This document shows, one piece after another, positions 32,246-40,396 of a stretch of DNA of 64,000 nt. Position numbers and translations under genes: made by a program. The stretch is from the NCBI GenBank assembly GCA_041690595.1, contig JAWLHB010000001.1:124001-188000 (forward strand), written 5' to 3'. The stretch comes from Lentisphaeria bacterium. Lineage in GTDB: Bacteria; Verrucomicrobiota; Lentisphaeria; JABSQK01; JAWLHB01. The notes below the pieces were generated by a model. The model saw only the letters and a program-made list of their open reading frames with translations. It was not told the DNA's origin and did no database searches. Each line of letters begins with the position of its first letter. Within the stretch, counting starts at the first letter, position 1.

Positions 32246-33622
32246 ATGGGTAAACCGAATATTCTGCTGATCGCGATCGATTCGCTCCTGTCCACACACA
32301 TGAGCTGCTACGGTTATGAGCGCATGACAACTCCCAACATCGACCGATTTGCCGAAGAAGGGGTGCTCTTCGAGCAGATGATCTCGGCACATATCCCGAC
32401 CACCCCGGGGTATGCATCGATGCTGACGGGGCGTGACTGCTTCGGGACCAACTGCGTGGCGCTGCGTCATCGCGGTCCGTTGGCGGATGGGGTTCCGACC
32501 ATGGCGGAGATTCTGCGTGAGCATGGGTACACGTCGAGCTGCCTCGGATTCACCGGCAATCCGTCGTCACGCGGTTTCGACACGTATCTGAACTATGAGG
32601 CCTGGGACTCGGGGGATGGGCAGTACCTTCGCAAGGCGGAAGTGCTCAATCAGGTCTTTTTCCCACATCTGGACGAGCTTGCCAAAGGAGATGAGCCTTT
32701 CTTCGTGCTGCTTCGGCACATGGACCCGCATTCGCCGTATCTGCCGCCGCCACCCTTCGACGGCCTCTTCTATCAGGGTGATCCATGCGATCCGGCGAAT
32801 CGGTCGATGGAACCGGTAATGGAGTTCAAGCCGTTCCGCGACTACTTCGCCAGCTGGATGCCGGCAGGGATAACGGACAAGGACCACGTGATCGCGCAGT
32901 ATGACGGTGCCATCGCGTACATGGATGTCTGTATTCAGCAGATCTTCGAGCGGCTGCAGGTGCTTGGTCTGTGGGACGATACGATCGTCATCATCACCAG
33001 CGATCATGGCGAGACGCTCTACGATCACGAATGCTGGTTCGACCATCACGGGCTCTACGACGTCACACTGAAGGTGCCCTTGATCATCCGCTATCCCTCG
33101 CGCCTGCCGGCCGGGTGGCGCGTCAGCGGTTATTGCCAGCTGAAGAATCTGCCGGCAACGATGCTGGATCTGGCGGGAATCGAGACGGAGTTGCACTTCG
33201 ACGGTGAGTCGGTGCTGGAGTTGCTGCGGGGTGAGAAGACGAGCTTCGAGTCGTCGATCTATCTGACGGAGTGCACCTGGATGCGCAAGCATGGGTGGCG
33301 CACGCCGGAGTGGAAGCTGATCGTGGCTCTGGAGCCCGACTTCCACTTCAAGCCGGAGGTGGAGCTGTACAACCTGATCACCGATCCCGATGAGCTGCAC
33401 AACGTGGCAGCGGAGTATCCGGAAGTGGTCGACTGCCTGCGCCTGCAGATGGCGCGCCACATAGCCGATCGCGAGGCACAGAGCGGGAATGCCAATCCCA
33501 TCTTCAATCAGCCTGGGTGGCATGGAAAGCCGGACATCGACTATTTCACGTCGAGCCAGCAAGCGTACGATAAATTGCACATCGGCGATCCGGCACAGGC
33601 ACGGAAACTGCAGCAGAAGTAA
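32246..33622 (+). CDS. Sulfatase-like alkaline-phosphatase-superfamily hydrolase with Thr at the nucleophile position
   Basis: PNILLIAIDSL, DPHSPY, TSDHGE, ELYNL..DPDE; active-site motif PTTPGYASMLTG instead of CxPxR. Confidence 0.85.
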   Translation: MGKPNILLIAIDSLLSTHMSCYGYERMTTPNIDRFAEEGVLFEQMISAHIPTTPGYASMLTGRDCFGTNCVALRHRGPLADGVPTMAEILREHGYTSSCLGFTGNPSSRGFDTYLNYEAWDSGDGQYLRKAEVLNQVFFPHLDELAKGDEPFFVLLRHMDPHSPYLPPPPFDGLFYQGDPCDPANRSMEPVMEFKPFRDYFASWMPAGITDKDHVIAQYDGAIAYMDVCIQQIFERLQVLGLWDDTIVIITSDHGETLYDHECWFDHHGLYDVTLKVPLIIRYPSRLPAGWRVSGYCQLKNLPATMLDLAGIETELHFDGESVLELLRGEKTSFESSIYLTECTWMRKHGWRTPEWKLIVALEPDFHFKPEVELYNLITDPDELHNVAAEYPEVVDCLRLQMARHIADREAQSGNANPIFNQPGWHGKPDIDYFTSSQQAYDKLHIGDPAQARKLQQK

Positions 33623-33633
33623 GGAAGGATGCG

Positions 33634-34659
33634 ATGAAGGTACGAACCGCGGTAATTGGCATGGGGCCGATCGGCAACCGCCATGCGAACATCTACCAGA
33701 ATCTGGAGCGAGCCGAGCTGGTCGCGGTGTGCGACCGACTGCCCGATCGCGCGGATGCGGCCGCCAGACGCCTCGGCGTTCCGGCGTTTCATTCCGTGAC
33801 GGAGATGCTGAAGAGCGTGGAACTGGAGATGGTCAGCGTCGCCACTGGCGGCGAAGAGTATGGCAGCGACCACTATGAACCGACGATCCAGGCACTGGAG
33901 GCGGGGCTGCACGTGCTGGGGGAGAAGCCGATCTCCAACGATGTGGGCCAGGCGGAAGAGATGGTCGAGACGGCCCGGCGGCTCAATCGCTGCTATGGCA
34001 TCGACTTCAATCATCGCTTCACGCCGGCGGCCCGGATGGCGCGGCAATGGGTGGACGAGGGGCGGATCGGCACGCAGCTCTTCATGAATGTCAACATCTG
34101 GATCATGAATCCCCGCGAGAGTTCACCGTGGTTTCACCTCAAGGCGCTGCACCCGCACAGCATTGACCTGTTGCGGCATTTTGCTGGGGAGATCACGGCC
34201 GTGCATTGCTTTGCGATGAAGGCGCCGGGTCGCTCGATCTGGTCGACGATGCAACTCAACGTGCAGTTTGCCAGCGGCGCGGTGGGGCACGTCTGCGGGA
34301 GTTACGATATCGAGCGGGGCCACCCAATGGAGCGGACGGAGCTGGCTGGAACGAAGGGGCGCTTCGTGATCGAGGACATGTACCGCGAGGTGACCCTGTA
34401 TCCGGCGGGCGACTTCGCCAAGACCGTCTATACGAACCCGATCTTCGGCGGCATGACCTGCTTCGAAGAAACCTTCCGCAACCGCATTCAGCGTTTTGTG
34501 GAGCAGGTGGGGGACGGGGTGGCGCCGAGCGAGATCGACGGTTCCGGCGCGGATGGTCTGGCGGCTCAGCGGGTGCTCGCCGCGGCGGTGGAGTCGGTGC
34601 AGAGCGGGCAGGTTGTCAACGTGGCGCAAGCGGCGGCGGCGCCGGCATTAACCAATTAA
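33634..34659 (+). CDS. Gfo/Idh/MocA family oxidoreductase (paralog of 29179-30309)
   Basis: AVIGMGPIG; VATGGEE..DH..PT..AL.AG.HVL.EKPISND shared with 29179. Confidence 0.9.
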   Translation: MKVRTAVIGMGPIGNRHANIYQNLERAELVAVCDRLPDRADAAARRLGVPAFHSVTEMLKSVELEMVSVATGGEEYGSDHYEPTIQALEAGLHVLGEKPISNDVGQAEEMVETARRLNRCYGIDFNHRFTPAARMARQWVDEGRIGTQLFMNVNIWIMNPRESSPWFHLKALHPHSIDLLRHFAGEITAVHCFAMKAPGRSIWSTMQLNVQFASGAVGHVCGSYDIERGHPMERTELAGTKGRFVIEDMYREVTLYPAGDFAKTVYTNPIFGGMTCFEETFRNRIQRFVEQVGDGVAPSEIDGSGADGLAAQRVLAAAVESVQSGQVVNVAQAAAAPALTN

Positions 34660-34683
34660 GCGAGAAGAGGAGCGAGAGAGAGT

Positions 34684-35397
34684 ATGCTTGTTACCGTCAT
34701 TGGCCGAGGGCACTCGGGGACCCGGGCCATGTCGCACACGCTGTCGGCCAGCGGTGTCTACATGGGGGCGCAACTGAATCGTTCAGGGGACCTCATTCCA
34801 CCGGAGGATCTGTACGAGGCGTGCCGCGTCATGGCGCGTCATGTGCGTTATCTGGGGGATCTGAGGTGGGACTTCTCGGCCCTTCACAGCATGCCGATCG
34901 ATCCTGCCTTCACGCGGCTGGTCGAGTCATACCTGCAGAGCGTTCTGAGCAGCAAAGAGCCGTTGCGGGGGTGGAAGCTGCCGGAGACGACGCTGATCTT
35001 TCCCTGGATCGTGCGGCTCTTTCCGGAGATTCACTATATCTTCTGGATGCGCGATCCCCGGGACTGCATCCTGGGAGGGCATGTGACGGACGATCTCAAC
35101 GACTTCGGGGTACCGTACACCGCCGTGAGCAACGATCGGGAGCGGCGAGCCATCAGTTGGAAGTACCAGGCGGAGATCGTGAGGGCGACGCCGAAGCCGG
35201 TGAAGTATCTGGAGGTGCGCTTCGAGGATTTTGTGCTTAAGCAGGAGTCGACGCTGGCGCGGCTGGAGGGCTTCCTGGGGATTCCGCTGGCGCGGATTCC
35301 GGTTCGTCCTGAAGCGGTAGGCCGCTGGCGCCAGGACGATGGCTTCCACAATTACGCGCATTTCCAGACTGAGCTTGCCCAGTTCGGGTATGCGTGA
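34684..35397 (+). CDS. Sulfotransferase-like P-loop protein
   Basis: IGRGHSGT (5'-PSB-like), RDPRD (3'-PB), RFEDF. Confidence 0.78.
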   Translation: MLVTVIGRGHSGTRAMSHTLSASGVYMGAQLNRSGDLIPPEDLYEACRVMARHVRYLGDLRWDFSALHSMPIDPAFTRLVESYLQSVLSSKEPLRGWKLPETTLIFPWIVRLFPEIHYIFWMRDPRDCILGGHVTDDLNDFGVPYTAVSNDRERRAISWKYQAEIVRATPKPVKYLEVRFEDFVLKQESTLARLEGFLGIPLARIPVRPEAVGRWRQDDGFHNYAHFQTELAQFGYA

Positions 35398-35428
35398 CAG
35401 GGACGGCCGGGGTGGACGTGTTCAGCAA

Positions 35429-35458
35429 TTGCGCAGGGGCAGGGGGAAGTGGTATACT
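35429..35458 (+). promoter_or_regulatory. Putative sigma70 promoter for the HD gene
   Basis: TTGCGC-18 nt-TATACT with extended -10 TG. Confidence 0.45.
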
Positions 35459-35502
35459 ACCTCTCCTGTTTTCCGCACCAGAATCGTTTGATGGAGAGGG
35501 CC

Positions 35503-36096
35503 ATGGATCGTCTTGCCCGGCAGTTGCAGTTCATACTTGAGATCGATCGGCTGAAGCAGGTATTGCGCCGGTCCTATATCACGGGAGGATCGCGGCGGGA
35601 AAACTCCGCGGAACATAGCTGGCACGTAGCGGTCATGGCGGCCGTGCTGGCGGAGCATGCGCTGGAGCCGGTGGATGTGGGCCGGGTGATCGGGATGATG
35701 CTGGTTCACGACATCGTGGAGGTGGATGCGGGCGATACCTTCTGCTACGATGTCGTCGGATACGAAGACAAGGCGGATCGTGAGATGATGGCCGCGGATC
35801 GCATCTTTGGACTGTTGCCCGCGGATCAGGCGGTGCATTTTCGGGGGCTTTGGGATGAGTTCGAGGCGCGGGAGACGGCGGAGGCGAAGTATGCCGCCGC
35901 TCTCGACCGGCTGATGCCGCTGATGCACAACGTGCAGACGCAGGGGCGGACGTGGCAGGAGCATGGGGTGACGTATGAGCAGGTGATCGAGCGTAATCGG
36001 CACATGGCGGAAGGGGCGCCGGAATTGTGGAAGTTTGCGAAGGATATGATCGACAAGGCCGTGGAGGACGGTTATCTTGCAAAATGTAAGGCGTAG
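35503..36096 (+). CDS. HD-domain phosphohydrolase (HD_3, YfbR/HDDC2-like)
   Basis: LK..LR, ENSAEHSWH, HDIVE.DAGD, LDRL. Confidence 0.9.
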   Translation: MDRLARQLQFILEIDRLKQVLRRSYITGGSRRENSAEHSWHVAVMAAVLAEHALEPVDVGRVIGMMLVHDIVEVDAGDTFCYDVVGYEDKADREMMAADRIFGLLPADQAVHFRGLWDEFEARETAEAKYAAALDRLMPLMHNVQTQGRTWQEHGVTYEQVIERNRHMAEGAPELWKFAKDMIDKAVEDGYLAKCKA

Positions 36097-36127
36097 TTGT
36101 CATAACCAATTTTGGGGTAGGATTTCC

Positions 36128-37039
36128 ATGAGCAAGTTGTCGACAGGTGAGGTGATGCATCGTGCGTGGCGCGTGGGAGTGGTGGTGCCGGCATTCAACA
36201 TTCCCTATCTGCCCATGATGGAGCCGGTGGTTCGGGCATTGCGGGAGTGCGATGCGTTCGGCCTGATCCAGGTGGCGCGTCTGGAGTGGATCAAGTTCGA
36301 GGCGATCAGCCTGAAGGCGGTCAGCCGGGAATATCAGAAGGTGAAGGACGAGGGGTATACGCGGTTGCATCTGGATCATTGTCCGGTGATCGATGAGGAC
36401 AACCTGTGGGTTGATGTGCAGCCGATCATTGCGGATGCGATCGATCAGGGCTTCGAGTCGGTGATGATCGACGGAAGCCGGCTGTCGCTGGAAGAGAACA
36501 TTGCCCGGACCCGTGAGATCGTGGAACTGGCGCATGGTTCCGGGGTGCCTGTGGAGGCGGAGCTGGGGGCAGTGATGGGGCATGAGGAAGGACCACTGCC
36601 GCCGTACGAGGAGCTGTTTCGCACTGGGAAGGGCTTCACGGATCCGGATGAGGCGCGACGCTTCGTGAAGGAGAGTGGGGCGGACTGGCTTTCGGTGGCG
36701 ATCGGCAGTGTGCATGGGGCCATCAGCCCGGCGACGAAGGACAAGGCGAAGATCCAGGCACGGCTGAGTATCGAGCAGCTGGACCGGATACGGGAGGCAG
36801 TGGGTATTCCGCTGGTGCTGCACGGGGGCACGGGAATCGAGAAGGGGTGCCTGCAGGATTCGTTCCGCCATGGCATCGCCAAGATCAACATCGCGACCGC
36901 GATCCGTCAACCGTACGAGCGGGCAGCAAAGGTCTCGATCGAAGCTGGACAGCAGGCGGTTTACGAGGAGACGGTGGCGCTGCTGCGGGACGAGTTGGCG
37001 ATCGCGGGAACCGCTGCCGCGTTGATGGGCGAACGTTGA
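36128..37039 (+). CDS. Class II fructose/ketose-bisphosphate aldolase family
   Basis: PAFN, HLDH, SVMIDGS, VEAELG, GSVHG, VLHGG, KINI.T. Confidence 0.9.
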   Translation: MSKLSTGEVMHRAWRVGVVVPAFNIPYLPMMEPVVRALRECDAFGLIQVARLEWIKFEAISLKAVSREYQKVKDEGYTRLHLDHCPVIDEDNLWVDVQPIIADAIDQGFESVMIDGSRLSLEENIARTREIVELAHGSGVPVEAELGAVMGHEEGPLPPYEELFRTGKGFTDPDEARRFVKESGADWLSVAIGSVHGAISPATKDKAKIQARLSIEQLDRIREAVGIPLVLHGGTGIEKGCLQDSFRHGIAKINIATAIRQPYERAAKVSIEAGQQAVYEETVALLRDELAIAGTAAALMGER

Positions 37040-37068
37040 CAACCAAGAACCTGGAACTGGAACTGCCG

Positions 37069-39117
37069 ATGGCTACCCAACCTGCTGCCTGGTACGCGTT
37101 GCGCCGCACGCTCCCAACCTGGAGCTTCGATGCCAACCTGAAAGAGCTTGTGGAGGTGTTGCCGCGCTATGGCGTGGACGAGATCATCGTGAAGGTGGAC
37201 ACGGAGGAGTTTACGCATGGGCAGCCGCCGCTGGATTGGGTGAAGGCGTACCAGCCGCGGCTGATGGAGGTGCGCGATGCCATGGCCGATTTGGGGATTG
37301 TCTATTCCCTGAATCCGTGGATTACGGTGGGGCATAACGACCGTGGCCGCGATGCGCGGCAACAGCTGCCTGGACTGCGGACGATGGTCGGGCATGACGG
37401 CACGGAGACGACGAACTGCGCCTGCCCGTTGTGTCCGGTCTGGCGGGATCACGTGGACAAGGTGTGGAGCCTGTATGCCGAGACGAAGCCCATGGTGATC
37501 TGGATCGAGGATGATATCCGGACCTTCAACCATCGGCCGGTGAACTATGGCTGCTTCTGCGAGCTGCACCTGGCGCGCTTTGGCGAACGGGTCGGGCGGC
37601 ACCTGACGCGGGAAGAGGTGGTGGCGGAGATTCTGGCGTCGGGTGTGCCGAGCGAGTTGCGCCGGGCGTATCTGGAGATGCAGGCCGAGGTGATCAACGA
37701 GACGGTGGCGCATCTGGCCAAGATCGTTCACCGGATTTCGCCGGAGAGCAGCCTGGGGCTGATGTCGAGCGGGCCACGCACGCATTGCCTGGAGGGGCGC
37801 GATTGGCAGGGGCTGGCAACCGCGCTGGCGGATGGGCGACCGCTGTACAGCCGGCCGCCGATGGGCAATTACTGCGAGGGCTCACTGCGGGGCTTCTACT
37901 ACTCGCATGACTCCATCAAGATCACGCGCCATTGCCTGCCGCCGGGGGTGATCGAGCAGACAGAGGTCGAGAATGTACCCTTCACACGGTACTCCAAGAG
38001 CGTGGTCTTCACCTTTCTGGAGATGGCGATTTCCTTCGCCTATGGCAGCCATGGGGTGACGATGAATCTGTACGATCATGCAGGCACGCCGATGGAGGAC
38101 GAGGCGCACTTCGGGACGATGCTTGGGAACCGCAAAGGATATCTGAATGCGCTGGCGCAGCGGGCCGCCGCACTCGGGAACTATCGCGGCGTGCGGCTGC
38201 TTCACCACGACGGCGCTTCGCTGGTCAAACGGCTGTCGCCCGCGGCGGCGTACCATCAGCTCACAGAAGACAACGATGCAGTCATGACGGCGTTCGAGTC
38301 CCACGGCATTCCCACGACTTATACGGATGAGCGGGTGAGCATAGGGACGGGGCAGGTCCTGCGGGCCTTCTCCGACAGTGAGATTCGCGAGCTGCTAAGA
38401 CGAGGGCTATTCCTTGACGGCACCGCGGCGCAGCTGCTCGTTGAGCGCGGCTTCGGCGAGTTGATCGGCGCGGACTCGGTGGCGGCACCGGTGCATCTGG
38501 ATGAGTTGGGGCCCTTCAGTGCCGAAGAGTTCTGCCATCCCGGCTTTGGGGGGGCTGAGAAGTGCTACCTGACGCTGACAATGCCTTCTCTGGGAGGTCG
38601 ACCGAATGTGGCGGTGATCCGGCCGGCGTATGGCGCCGAGGTAATCAGCTACCTGGTCGATCCGGATGGGAAGCGCCATCATGTAGGCATGTACGCCTTC
38701 GAGAACGAGCTTGGGGGCAGGGTAGTTGTGCATGCGCTGGAAACCCAATCGGCGGTTGGAACGGCGTTCTTCCATCCGCATCGCCGGCTGCAACTGCAGC
38801 ATGCGGCGGGCTGGCTTGGCCGCGAGAGATCGCCGATCGTCGTCAATGGGGATGGGGTTTATCCGCTGGCGTTTCGCAAGGAGTGCGAGTCGTACACGCT
38901 GGTTGGGTTCTTCAATCTCAGCCTGGATCCATGGATTGGCGTTCGATTCGACTTGGGTGAGATGGCCATGCCGGCGCGGTGCGAACGACTTGATACGGAG
39001 GGAATCTGGCGGTCAGTCGACCCCGACCTGCAGATCACGGGAGACGGCCTCACCCTGCTCTGGCCGGAACCGGTGCCTTTCGACGAGCCGCTCTTCCTCA
39101 CTTTCTGGCGGGTGTGA
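37069..39117 (+). CDS. Cytoplasmic glycoside hydrolase-like TIM barrel with GH42-like Cys motifs and trimerisation (GATase-like) domain
   Basis: CACPLC, WIEDD, GCFCELH, EVEN; C-terminal GLFLDG..A domain. Confidence 0.6.
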   Translation: MATQPAAWYALRRTLPTWSFDANLKELVEVLPRYGVDEIIVKVDTEEFTHGQPPLDWVKAYQPRLMEVRDAMADLGIVYSLNPWITVGHNDRGRDARQQLPGLRTMVGHDGTETTNCACPLCPVWRDHVDKVWSLYAETKPMVIWIEDDIRTFNHRPVNYGCFCELHLARFGERVGRHLTREEVVAEILASGVPSELRRAYLEMQAEVINETVAHLAKIVHRISPESSLGLMSSGPRTHCLEGRDWQGLATALADGRPLYSRPPMGNYCEGSLRGFYYSHDSIKITRHCLPPGVIEQTEVENVPFTRYSKSVVFTFLEMAISFAYGSHGVTMNLYDHAGTPMEDEAHFGTMLGNRKGYLNALAQRAAALGNYRGVRLLHHDGASLVKRLSPAAAYHQLTEDNDAVMTAFESHGIPTTYTDERVSIGTGQVLRAFSDSEIRELLRRGLFLDGTAAQLLVERGFGELIGADSVAAPVHLDELGPFSAEEFCHPGFGGAEKCYLTLTMPSLGGRPNVAVIRPAYGAEVISYLVDPDGKRHHVGMYAFENELGGRVVVHALETQSAVGTAFFHPHRRLQLQHAAGWLGRERSPIVVNGDGVYPLAFRKECESYTLVGFFNLSLDPWIGVRFDLGEMAMPARCERLDTEGIWRSVDPDLQITGDGLTLLWPEPVPFDEPLFLTFWRV

Positions 39118-40368
39118 TCAGGGCGCAGGATAGTTGAAGCCGGTGACGAGATAAACCTGTCGTGTGCCGAGAAGGTTGGAGTTGAAGAGGGCGACGCTGC
39201 CATCCGGCGAGAGAATGGGGTGGGCGTGATAGCCATTGTTGGGATTGAGGATGATGCCTGTGTTGAGCAGATAGCGGAAGGCGAGCGGGGTGCGTTCGTC
39301 GGGAGCCGCGGCAATGTAGAGCTGCATGCCGGCGCGCTCACCGTCAAAGATGGGAAAGGTGTCGAGGACAAGGCGCAGGCCACTTTCGTCACAGGCGAGA
39401 TGGCAGAATCGGCTGTGGCGGAAGCCCTCAGAGAGGAGAACACGCTGGTCTGGACGCCCGGTGCGTCCCCGGTGGGGGGCCGACATGTCGGCGGGAACCG
39501 GCCAGCCGGCGACCACCTCCTGGCGTGTGCCGTCGGCCCAGCCGTAGCTGCCATCCATGTTCTGAAGGGTGACGGTGACGGCGGAGCGGAGGGCGCCGCG
39601 CCAGATCTGGTGGCCGATGCAGGATTCGCGGCCATCGCGTCCCCATGGAAGGTCGCGCCAGTTGGCACCATCGTCTCGGACAACGTGGACATCGACACCG
39701 CCATCCGCGGGAGGGCCGAGAAACGCGGTGGTCTTGCCGGTGGCATCGCTGCGAGCACCATGGTTCATCTGGACCAACAGATCGCGGGCGACCTCCTCAT
39801 CCTGGCAGCGACAGTACTGCAAGTGGGTGTTGACGAAAGAGGAGTCTTCGGCGACAAGGCAGGCGCTTCCGGCCTCAAGGTCGAGACTGACGATGCCGAA
39901 AGGCGCATCCTCCGTTTTGCCATCGCCGAGCCAACAGGTGGCGGCAACGTGGCGTCCGTCGCCGGCGACAGCGCGGAGGCTGAATCGATTGGCGGGAATG
40001 GAGGTGCCTGGGAGATTGCGGTCGGCTGCAAAGACAGTCTCGACGCGACCGGAGTCGACGTCGTACCGCCGCAGTTCCAAGCGATCGGGATGGGCTTCAT
40101 CTTCCCAGTGCCAGAGTGCGAATCGACCGCCGGGGGAAAAGATGAGGTGTTTGCCGGCTTCCCGAAGAAAGGGGGAGCTTTCGAGGGTGTCGAGATCGCA
40201 GAGCATGGGGCCGCTGGAGCCATGGTAGACGAAGTGCCTTCCACCGGGGAGGAAGCTGGGTTGATCCGGATAGATGAGGGTGGCGCCTTCGGGCTCCTCG
40301 CTGACTTGGTGGATGGTCAGTCCGGATGGGGAGCGGTAGTCGACAAAGGAGGAAGTGACGTTCAGCAA
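39118..40368 (-). CDS. Oligogalacturonate-lyase-like beta-propeller
   Basis: IYPDQPSFLPGGRHFVY, THLQY, GHQIW, HAHPILSPDG; TTG start inferred because the longer ORF overlaps the upstream gene. Confidence 0.7.
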   Translation of the reverse strand: MLNVTSSFVDYRSPSGLTIHQVSEEPEGATLIYPDQPSFLPGGRHFVYHGSSGPMLCDLDTLESSPFLREAGKHLIFSPGGRFALWHWEDEAHPDRLELRRYDVDSGRVETVFAADRNLPGTSIPANRFSLRAVAGDGRHVAATCWLGDGKTEDAPFGIVSLDLEAGSACLVAEDSSFVNTHLQYCRCQDEEVARDLLVQMNHGARSDATGKTTAFLGPPADGGVDVHVVRDDGANWRDLPWGRDGRESCIGHQIWRGALRSAVTVTLQNMDGSYGWADGTRQEVVAGWPVPADMSAPHRGRTGRPDQRVLLSEGFRHSRFCHLACDESGLRLVLDTFPIFDGERAGMQLYIAAAPDERTPLAFRYLLNTGIILNPNNGYHAHPILSPDGSVALFNSNLLGTRQVYLVTGFNYPAP

Positions 40369-40396
40369 GGTATGGCATTCCTGTATGGGGAGGTGG

